A stretch of DNA of 64,000 nucleotides from Gonapodya sp. JEL0774 (Eukaryota), in NCBI GenBank assembly GCA_027604505.1, contig JADIIX010000101.1:1-64000 (forward strand). The letters are read 5' to 3'. Positions within the stretch are counted from its first letter, which is position 1. Every line of letters begins with the position of its first letter. The notes below the pieces were generated by a model that saw only the letters and a program-made list of their open reading frames with translations, did no database searches and was not told where the DNA came from. The position numbers were made by a program, and so were the translations under genes. Shown piece after piece: positions 1 to 9,662 of this stretch.

Positions 1-920
1 TCGTCCCCTAGCTCATTCCTTGAGTGGAACTCATAATTTTCATTCCAATCCCATTCGCCAAATCTTTCAATGTCTTCATACGCATCGTCTGGGAACTTTG
101 TGGTGACTTTGAGCGACGTCACAGAAGGCAGTCTCCCACCATTCCGAACTGTCCATATCAACAAATCCCGTCCTGTCATAACAAGTTCCCGCGGGCGGAG
201 CGAACGGCAGAAGTTCCCGAACCGGCTGATGGCAAGCGCAGTTGGTGCCAATTGATCTGGATGCACAAAGCTTGTTGGTTCACCTCTTCCTTCAAAGAGA
301 AGCTGTCTGAATTTCCTCATCCCCTTGCCTGACTTTGAATAAAATGGCTCCTGAAGGCAGACAGTGATGTCGTCCACGCATGTGATGCCTCGGGTTCTCA
401 GACCATCCGTTTGCCTCTCGATTGCTTCTTCGCCATTCCGCAACCGACGTCGTTTCTCTATTTTCCAATGTGCGATAGCTCGATGTATGGAAGAAAGGTC
501 CACTTCTTCGGCGTCTGATAATCGAAAGTAATCTTGGTTCACCCGAACGCACAAAGTTCCGGCAATCCACGGGGGAGCTTCGACATCGCCTTCGCGTTTC
601 CTTTGAAAAATCCGATACGAATCGTAGAATTCCACTTTGCAGTCGTACACCAGCTGTCGGTCCTCAACCTGCCTAAGAAGAAGTAAGTGGCCGGCGGCCC
701 GAATCACCAGATTCAAATAGAACTTCCCATCGATTGAGTCTAAGTGGATCGCAGCTTGGCGCCACTGCCTATTGACGCGGGTGATCCTGGAATGGACGGT
801 TTTCGGGGGCAGCATACGGAAGATTTGGGAGAGGGTCTCAGGCGGAAGGGACGGGATGTTCATGGAGGGTAGCACACTACCATCAGTGTCGAGCGCAGCT
901 GCCAAGGTGTTCTGCGACAT
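1..920 (-). CDS. F-box protein (partial, 3' end runs off the window)
   Basis: Reading frame from ATG at 920 stays open to position 1 (absent from the ORF track because there is no stop). N-terminus IPSLPPETLSQIFRMLPPKTVHSRITRVNRQWRQAA fits the F-box consensus. Confidence 0.75.
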   Translation of the reverse strand, partial: MSQNTLAAALDTDGSVLPSMNIPSLPPETLSQIFRMLPPKTVHSRITRVNRQWRQAAIHLDSIDGKFYLNLVIRAAGHLLLLRQVEDRQLVYDCKVEFYDSYRIFQRKREGDVEAPPWIAGTLCVRVNQDYFRLSDAEEVDLSSIHRAIAHWKIEKRRRLRNGEEAIERQTDGLRTRGITCVDDITVCLQEPFYSKSGKGMRKFRQLLFEGRGEPTSFVHPDQLAPTALAISRFGNFCRSLRPRELVMTGRDLLIWTVRNGGRLPSVTSLKVTTKFPDDAYEDIERFGEWDWNENYEFHSRNELGD

Positions 921-1423
921 CCTCGAACAGCAGTGGTTACTAGTTTGTCACGGCGAGGCTGTAACAGCTGTGGGGTGCAGGAGCCAGCGCGGTCAAGTCC
1001 ATACAATTCGCTTGCGGTCAAGTACAATTCGCTTCTGCACAAAGAAGACACCTTGTTTCCATAACATAGACGAAACTCACCTCAAAAACGGATGGGGAGT
1101 TCCAGAGTACGGTACAAACTGATGCAGAGAAGAGAGCAAGAACTACTGGCTTTCGGTCATTCTTGTTCTGTATCACATAAATGCCCATGAAGTACCAGCT
1201 GCATGCTGCAGGCAGGCTTTCTTCGTCAAACGTATATTACCCACCCGATCCGAATTAAAGAAATTCATGCGAGAACTCGTTTGTCACGTACAATAAAAAA
1301 GAACAATACGAATGTTCCGACCGAAACAGGTACACGGATGAAGAGCCGCCGGCGGTCCGTGATCGCCCGTTTTTATAATGTTGAACCTGCCCCGGTGATC
1401 AGACGCGAATCCATCCCGGAAAC

Positions 1424-1678
1424 ATGCCCAACGCTTCTCAGTGGCCATCATTCAAGCTCAGTACTGGAGCTGAGATCCCTGCTGTCGGACTCGGAACCTG
1501 TGAGGTTTATCGAGCGGTTCGCGCTTGGCGATCATCGACCGTGGCTGGCTGCTCAACGTTCCAACCCGCACTTTTACGCCAGTTTTGGGTGATGACCCTC
1601 TTCCTCAGGAGCAAATCAATGGACTAGTCGAAGCGGCTGTGCGGGCTGGATATCGCCACTTCGATGGCGCTCTCATCT
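1424..1678 (+). CDS. Aldo-keto reductase, first two exons only (remainder missing, probably lost at an assembly join)
   Basis: FKLSTGAEIPAVGLGT|FLGDD...VEAAVRAGYRHFDGALI is a typical AKR N-terminus. GT-AG intron about 1500-1582 and donor GTAAGT at 1679. No downstream AKR exons were found. Confidence 0.8.
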
Positions 1679-1878
1679 GTAAGTATTTTCCGTTCTTGGC
1701 GACCACCCTCCTGTGGGAGCCACGCACGGACTCTACTGCGCGCCGCCCGGCGCCCCCCCCCGCGCCCGCCGCCGCGGGGCGCCGGCGGGGGGGCCGGCCC
1801 CCCGGCGGGGGGGGGGCCCGGTAAGGGGCAAGGGAAAGGCTGACTGTTTGTGCGTTGGGATTTGATGTTTGTTGGCAG

Positions 1879-2813
1879 CACCCCTGGCGTCCCATTTAGC
1901 TTCGCAAGGCGTCGAGTTCATCCAGTTCGCGTTCCGGTGGGTCAATTGCTTGTTGATGAGGGAGTTGCCGCTGAGGTTGGTCGTGAGGATGTGGGATACG
2001 TATTTGGTGGGTTGAATGGAGTCGGTGGGGGGCCGGGGAAGGGGAACGATGCCACAATCTTACGCACACAAACACCACACCATCGCCCACCCATCACCCA
2101 CCCACACACCTCCATCTCCAACACCTCCACACCCCCACACACAAAAAACCGTAGTCCGAACCCGCGGGCTTCTCCGAGTTCCACCTGTACGTGTGCGCGG
2201 CCTTTTTGGTCAAGTGGTCGGAAAAGTTGCGCAGGTTGGATTTTGCGGTGGGTCTTTTGGGGGTGGTGGGGCGTGGGTTTGGGGGCGGTTGATGGTGGGC
2301 GGATCTATGCGGTTGGGTGTAGAGGTTGGGGGGAAAGAATGAGAGTCATGGCGCGTGGAATGTGCGAGTGTTTTGTGGACGTGGATGTAATATGCTGATC
2401 GGTCTCATATACCTACCCCTCCTACCCACCCGCTCACGCACCGTCTCGTGTGGATCTTGATACCCCCCCCTCCCCCCCCCTTTGCTCGGCACAACTCTCC
2501 CAATCCCAATCCCCAAACCCCAATTCATTCAATCCCAACGCCCCAAACCACCAAACATCACCATCACGTGGGCACCTCTCTCTCTGCTCCTCCTCCGCCT
2601 CTGTGTGCCTTTTGTTTTTCCATTCGATTTCTTTTTGTATTTTTGCATGAGTAGGAAATCATGCTGTTCTTGCAGTCCCCGCCGACGTCGACGTGGGACG
2701 AGCGGGACATGGAGCTGTTGTTGAGTGAGGCGTACATGTGGAAGACGGTGTTCCAGGACGCGCAGAGCCATTTGGTGCCGGCGCCGACGGGGACGGGGGG
2801 GCAGGGGAGTTGA
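1879..2813 (+). CDS. GYP1: Rab-GAP TBC protein Gyp1/TBC1D22 family, last three exons only
   Basis: Exons 1879-2006, 2155-2247 and 2655-2813 give QGVEFIQFAFRWVNCLLMRELPLRLVVRMWDTYL|SEPAGFSEFHLYVCAAFLVKWSEKLRRLDFA|EIMLFLQSPPTSTWDERDMELLLSEAYMWK, the characteristic Gyp1/TBC1D22 C-terminus. Confidence 0.88.
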
Positions 2814-2839
2814 GATGGGTGGTGGGTGGGGAAGGGGGG

Positions 2840-2849
2840 NNNNNNNNNN
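2840..2849. other. Assembly gap (N run) flanked by low-complexity G/C sequence
   Basis: 10 Ns with nearly pure G/C flanks. Confidence 0.95.
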
Positions 2850-3400
2850 CGGCCGCCCCGGCCGGGGCGGGGGCGGGGGGGCGGGCGCGTGGGGTGGGGG
2901 GCGGCCCCGGGGGGGGGATACCCGGGGTTTGATCGCCATCGGGGGGGGGCCGGGGGACGAGGGGGGTGCCGGGGGGAGGACCGTGGGCGGGGACAAGGGA
3001 ACAAGGGCAATGACGGACGGCATTCCAGGACAGTTTCAAGTTGGGGTCATGGAACAATTATGTATTAGAATTGGAAGGATGACGTAATTTCGTCGAAGTG
3101 TTTGATGTTTTGGAATTTGTGGAGCGCAGGGGAAGTGGACTGTGCACAGCACAAGACCTATGGCACACATGGCGCACGGGCCAAACGCTGTCCGACTCCA
3201 CTCCCACCCAACTTGATCCGAGTTTGCCTGTGGCGCTGTGGATCTCCAATCACGCGCACTCCACGTTCGAATCCAACTCAGATCAATCCCGAGTTTTTCT
3301 TCTTTTGTGCGGTCCATCCCCCCCATCCCCCACACTCCAACTCCACCTACACCCACACCTTTCCCCATATCCCCATATCCCATCCCCCCGTTCCCCCGCA

Positions 3401-4180
3401 ATGTCCGCACTCGACGCTCCAAATCTCAAAGACGCACGCGAAACCTTTGAAATCCTGCTCGAAATCTCCCGCATCCTCAACACCGGTCTCGACAGATCCC
3501 AACTCGCAGCCTGTGTCCAGCTCTGCGAACTCGGCGTCAACCCTGAAGCACTCGCTGCTGTCGTCAAGGAGGTCAGAAGAGAGCGAGGGTCCGTGTCCGC
3601 GTCCGCGATCGGGAACGGGACCGGCACCGGCACCGGCATTGCTCCATCGGCTTCTTCGTCTCAGTCCGTGTTCGCCGCAATGGCACCTACGACTCTTTCC
3701 GCCTCTGGCCCCCTTCCCACTCCCCCAACTCTGGCACCCACCGCACTCCGGTCCTCCCTCTCCTCCGCATATCCACTCGCCTCCTACCCTCCCTCCACCA
3801 CCACCCCGCCCACATGGACCAGCGCATCTCACCCCCGCTCCGCACCACCACCCTCCTCCTCCTCATCCCACCCATCCCGCCCTTCCTCCGCCTCCGAACT
3901 CATCAACCCACCTCCAGTCGGACCCGCACCCGCTCCCTCTGTCCAACCCTCGTACCGCTCCACCGCCACCGCCCAGTACCTCTCCCAATACACCTCCACC
4001 TCCACCTCCCACTCTCACCACAGCTACTCATCCTACCCCGCCCCAGCCTCCCTTGCAAGCAGTACCGCCTCAACAACATCGGGTCTCCCTGGTAGTCTGA
4101 CCGGCCGAGTGGCTGGCGCCGGTGGTATTGGTGGTATTGGTGGTGGCGGCACCGGTACTGGTTCTGGTGTGGGCTTCTGA
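3401..4180 (+). CDS. MZT1: Mitotic-spindle organizing protein 1 (MOZART1) with long S/P/T-rich C-terminal extension
   Basis: ARETFEILLEISRILNTGLDRSQLAACVQLCELGVNPEALAAVVKEVRRE matches the MOZART1 signature. Single ORF of 259 aa. Confidence 0.9.
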   Translation: MSALDAPNLKDARETFEILLEISRILNTGLDRSQLAACVQLCELGVNPEALAAVVKEVRRERGSVSASAIGNGTGTGTGIAPSASSSQSVFAAMAPTTLSASGPLPTPPTLAPTALRSSLSSAYPLASYPPSTTTPPTWTSASHPRSAPPPSSSSSHPSRPSSASELINPPPVGPAPAPSVQPSYRSTATAQYLSQYTSTSTSHSHHSYSSYPAPASLASSTASTTSGLPGSLTGRVAGAGGIGGIGGGGTGTGSGVGF

Positions 4181-5877
4181 TGTGCTCGGCGTGACTCGGG
4201 GGGAGCCAGGCCGGCTGGGGGGCATGGCGAGCAGGGCGGCAGATATGGCGAGCCAGCGGTGTACTTGGTATGGTGTGTTGAATTGTGTGACCCGGTTGCG
4301 TCTTATAGAGACCGTTGCATGCATGGAAGACGGAGATGCGAGACGAGATCCAATATATTCCAGGACAGACAACGATATATATGTAGTTTTGGTCCCCGAG
4401 CTCGTTGGACGTTGGACGTGCGCGACGAAGGTTACATTGATGTGTATACTTGCTTCATACTTGATCCTCACCGCGCCCAGTACGTCTGGGGCCCACGTAG
4501 GTATGTACTGCCCACTCCACGAAACCGCCCCCCCCGTCCCCCGCGCCCCCCCCCTGCCCGTGTACATACAAACCAATTTCCAAAATACAAAATGTAAAAA
4601 CGCGAATGGTTCTTATATTTTCTCACCCCACTTTTTCCGCGTGGGTGTGGGTGATGCTGCAGCCGTATATCCCTGTCTCCCACGTACCCCGGCCCCTGAA
4701 TCCGGGAGCGGCCCGCCGCCGACGCGAGTCGGTCCGGTGTGATCTGAGTGTTGCCTGGTGTGGCCCGGTATGGTAATATTGGGAGACGGCCGGCTGTTTC
4801 ACGCAACATTCAAGTAATATGGAGCGAGAGAATGAAGATACCAACGTTCGGGTGGCACCCACCGGGCACCAAACGGTTCTCGGGCGCGTCCAGCAGCTCG
4901 CTCGCTCGCGCCGATATGTACGTCGCGGGTGCAGGACCACATCGGGGTCGGAATGACAAGGTAGAGGCAGGGCCACACACAGGGCACAAGCGACGAAACA
5001 GGATATTTTGCCATACTGATTACAAGTTTTTACAGTGATTTCATCCCGTCGATGTGTTTTCCCCCACCGGTTCGTTCGTGTGTGCTTGGTGAGTCTTGAT
5101 CAACCTTGACATCAGATCACGAACCAACACAAGACACAAGACGGATTCTCCGACATCCTCACACGCGCACCAAGAAACTCTTATGGCGCAAAGGGCTTCG
5201 CCGGAGCGACACGCGGCTGGAACCACTGGAAGGGTAGATAATTATTATCCCGCATTTCAAAAATTATTCATGACCCATGAATCACACCTTGTAAAAACCG
5301 GTGACGATAACACTGGCGGATCAGATCAGATTCGAGCCGATTGATCGAAGCCACCAAAGATGAGGAACGGGGGTGACTCGAATTGTGTTTGGTGGTCGGC
5401 GAAACAAACAACGATCCCGCGCCGGCGCCACCCCGCCTGTCTCTCGTTTTTCTTTCTTTTTTTAAAACGTTTACCCCCCCCCCCCCCCCCTGGTATGTAT
5501 AAATGTTTTCAACCAATGCAGTTCATTCGCACTGGCTGCCTTCGCCGAGATCCAACGCCAATCCATAACCCCGCGCGTTACAATATGCGTCGCTCAGAAG
5601 CTTCAGCTTAAAAGCAACACATCGGGCAATCTCTCCTCACCGCCCAAAGAGAAGTAAAAAATTGAACTGTATTCAGGACCTTCTTATCTCACCGCCTCAA
5701 TTTGTGCGGGCCGTGCTTGATGGGGGTCTGGGCCACTAGGAAAAAGGATATGTCTCCATCAAAGGGTCCGGATCAACGCAGAAGATTACCGATTTCGCTC
5801 TCAACGTGTGCCGACAATTCAGTGCCCCACTTCTTGCTTGTTGTTTTGACATCGGCACAAAGCGACGATAGAGGATC

Positions 5878-8829
5878 ATGGTTTGGTGGAAAACCCTGCT
5901 CGGGGTCTCGGTGCGTCAACCCCTGTCATGCTGCTTTGGCGGTGGTAGAATGACTCGCGGGGATTCCCTCCCACCTACCGATTCATTCTACCACCTCGCT
6001 CGCTTCGATACTAAACCAAAAATCCTCCTTGGGCCTCCATTCTCTTCCTCCATGTTTCCTACTGCCTCTCGGTGGCAACTATATGTGCTGATAGGAGAAG
6101 CAATCGTCGCTTGAGGATGAACGTGAGGATGAGGCTGAAGTGAACGTATAACCTCGGGCCGTGGACCAGTTCTCACTCTTTTCTGTTTCTGATTCGATCC
6201 GGTCGGCATTTCACATCTCACTGTACTGTCTTGACATCAGTCGTGAGTCTCTGATGCAACACAACGCTCTGGGTGGGGGCACCACAAGTCGAAATTGATG
6301 GGTTTTACATCACACTGCTGTCGTGCCACGCACCTAGGTTCTCGCAAAACTCGGGTACAAGCAAGAAACCAAGCGGCCATTCAACAAGCTGAGTGAGTAG
6401 AGCGGTAGTCACCCTTTTTTCGTCGGAGGCCTGGTTTGTCAACTCAGCGTCGGTCGAACTAACGCATGGTTTCACCTTGGTGCGCAATGAACATTTGCCT
6501 CCCCGCCGCTGAAACCCAACAGCAACATGGGCCCTCAACTACACCAACGTGTGTGTCCTACTCAACGTTCCGTTGATGTCTTACGCGCTCTCAACGGGTG
6601 GACCGGTGAGTGATACATTTGTCGAGCACATCTGAAGGATGTCGCTCGTGGCGGCGGAAATTCACCGAAACCAACCCATTTCACCTCCCCACACTCTTCC
6701 CTCACCAGCCCATGGTCATGTGGTCTTTCTGGCCCGTCACACTCCTGGTCTGCACCGTCGCTCTCTCCATGGCTGAGCTGTGCTCGGCCATGCCCACCAT
6801 GGGTGGATTGTACAACTTTGCTGCACGGCTTGGAGGGCCGAAATGGGGACCGTACGCGGCGTGGTATGTACTCGTGAGGGAGGAACTTGATCGAGCGGTG
6901 CCGGTGCCGAAGATGATCCTTTCTCACCAAAGTTTTTGTACTTTCGACCACAACTTAGGAACACCGCGTGGTTCAACTACATCTCCAACGTGGCAGGTCT
7001 CGCCAACGCCGCTCAAGGCTCTGCGTACCTCCTCGTTGTCATTCGTCAGCTGAACTCGGACTGGGTCCCCGAGATTGAGGAGATGCGCCACGTCGAGTAC
7101 GGATTGTACTTTGGAGTGGTGTCCGTTGTGGCGCTCATCAATATTTTTGGAGAGGATTACTTGTGAGTTGGATCTGCACGCAATTGGAGTTGTCATGATA
7201 TCACGCGGTACCAAATTTTCGCGTCGTCGTCGTCTCTGCACCCAGACCCTCTGTCGCCCAATTTGCCTCCTACATCATCTTCCTCGGTACCATGGTCATC
7301 GCCATCTACCCGCTCGCCTATCAAGGTTCCGCCAACCTCGCCTCTGGCGAATTCGTTTTCATCACGTGGCAGAATGGCACAGGTGCCGACTCAAACGTGT
7401 TGGTGGCGTTGATCGGGTTGTTGCCTGCCGCTTGGAACATTGTCGGATTCGGTGGGTTCTGAGCTGGTACTTCGGGTGATGAAAGGGCCTTTTTCAGTAC
7501 GGGTTCTTCCTGCTGATCCTTGCAACGACCTTTCAATCAACGCAGATGCCTCTTCTCACATTGCCGAAGAAACATCGGACAGTACCACATCCGCTTCGAC
7601 GAGTTTGGTCTTCACGGTCATTGCCGGTGCCGTCGGTGGATTCTTCCGTGAGTGGCTCGTTGAACAAGAGGCCCCCGCATTCTACGTCAATGGAAGAGCT
7701 TTGTCTCATTGATCACTCCAGTCTGGGTCTGCCAGTTCTTCCTCATCACCGATCTCGATGCCGTCTTGAACGGCGACTATGACCCCTACGTGCAGTACGT
7801 TTCCGCTTGCTCAACCTTGTTCCGAACACGATCTCGATCATGACCCGTCGTCGTCGCTCCATCTTTTTGACAGGATCTGGATGAACACTGTTGGCCCTGG
7901 TCCGACTACAGCATTCCTGACCATCATGTGTTTCAGCTTCATAATGACTGCGTCTGCGAGTGTCGTTGTTACCTCGAGAAGTAAGTTTTATTTCCCCTGG
8001 TGTTTTGGCTTTCTGATTCGTATATGGTTTCCCTAACGTGGTTCAATCCGCCGTACTCAGTGTTTTTCTCACTGGTTCGCGACAAGGCATTGCCTTTCAG
8101 CGACTTCTGGTACTACATCAGTGAGCCTTTTACCCTACAGATTGAATGAATATTGGGGAGGATCGACTCATTTCAATTCAAATGTCAGGCCCCACCCTCC
8201 ACTCCCCCGTCCGCGCAATTTCGTTGACCGCGTTCCTCACTTACGTTCTCGGCTTGCCCATTCTTTTCTCTGACGTGGTGTTCCCCGCGTTGACCTCTGT
8301 CTCCACCATTTGCTTCTACGTCTCGGTAAGTTGGAAGTACTGCTACCGATCGCAACCCACCTTTAAATAGTACTACCATTGGTGGGGGATCGATAGACTG
8401 TCATCCCGACATTGCTCCGCATCACCGTGGCCAAGGACACTTTCAAGAGGGGACCCTGGCATTTGGGCGAGTGGACCTACGCCTCAGGCTGGACGGCTGT
8501 TATTTTCGTCGCGTTCATGACTGTGGCGTTTGTGTTGCCGGTGGGTCTAACGTCCCTCTGCGGAGCACCCTCGTGCGGGTTCGGATTTCTGACGATCTTG
8601 GACACTTCACAATCAGACCGAATACCCAGTCGAGCCGGATCTCTCCAACTTTAACTTCTCCCCCCTCATCTTTGGTATTCTCCTCGTTTTCATCAACGTG
8701 TGGTGGGTGTTGTTCACCCGACACACTTATCACGGCCCTGTGCGCAACATCTCGGACGAAGAACTCGCCAAGCTTGAGGACAAGCTCACAACTTCGCAGA
8801 CGTCTGCTAATATCGGTGTTGCTGCGTGA
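5878..8829 (+). CDS. APC-superfamily amino acid/GABA/choline-type permease (multi-exon), copy A
   Basis: EDELVLAKLGYKQETKRPF; STGGP; SMAELCSAMPTMGGLY; SHIAEETSD; FKRGPWHLG; many hydrophobic segments. First exons 5878-5910, 6095-6122, 6241-6242, 6338-6392. Stop TGA at 8827-8829. Confidence 0.92.
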
Positions 8830-9084
8830 TTGATGATCTGCAGCTCACAAAATTGTGGGAGGGATTGGAGTGGATTGGGGTATTTTTTTTGGCGCAGGAG
8901 CAGGATCATATTTTTTTCCCGCAACTACGTCATCAGATTATTATCGGTCTAATATTAACATCCAACAGTTCTTCTGGCAGCGGTTGTGAATTATGCAATA
9001 ATGTTGCCCTGTATGGTTTAACTTTGTGTTTCATTTATGTAGTTGTTGCAAACGCAACAGTTTGCGCTGCAACACCACGTCCGC

Positions 9085-9292
9085 GCCAGATCTCTTGTAC
9101 TTCAACTTCTCAGCCCCCATCTTCGGATTTCTTCTCATTTTCGTCAACGTGTGTTGGTTGTTGTTTACCCGGCATACGCCTCTGTGCACAACATCTTTTG
9201 AGGACAAGCTCTGAAGTGCGCAGGCGAAAAACATTGGTCTCACTGTGTAACTAGCGTTCCTAAGGTTTTGCGAGGAATTGGAGTGGGCTGGA
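9085..9292 (+). pseudogene. Degenerate duplicate of the last exon and 3' flank of permease copy A
   Basis: PDLLYFNFSAPIFGFLLIFVNVCWLLFTRH...EDKL aligns with copy A PDLSNFNFSPLIFGILLVFINVWWVLFTRH...EDKL. It has deletions, no upstream exons, and a similar downstream GGAnTTGGAGTGG motif. Confidence 0.8.
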
Positions 9293-9662
9293 AGGTTGAG
9301 TTCTTGGTGCATGCGTGCGACCGGCTCTTATGGGAGAGTTTTTGAAACGAGTGATCATTGTAAAACGCAAAAACTCTCCTTCTCGATCCACTGAGTCATC
9401 GGCACCCCGAAGACTGTGCACTTCTTCATCCCTTAATGGATGCATACATCACCCCGCTTGTTTGGTTGTACTCATGTGAAAACAGATGCGTACGGAAGTT
9501 AAATATTCACCCTACCACTTTGAACTAATTTCCAAACAGTATAATAAGCACTGCAGAATAGAACAAAATAATGCTCAAAAACTCCTTGCTTAATGATTAT
9601 CCTGCAGTGCGCATCCAGGATCTGTTGACATTGTTACTCATCTCTCCCCGTATCCGGCCCAC

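Noticed and set aside
988..1034. Imperfect tandem duplication GCGGTCAAGT(CCAT)ACAATTCGCTT x2
   Set aside because: Only two units and no spacers; not CRISPR, just a local duplication upstream of the F-box gene.
1605..3087. Pro/Gly/Arg-rich ORFs in the ORF track
   Set aside because: Products of GC-only low-quality sequence and gap flanks, or antisense to GYP1 exons.
4819..5344. Short ORFs and splice-like signals between MZT1 and permease A
   Set aside because: No consistent exon chain or recognisable domain.
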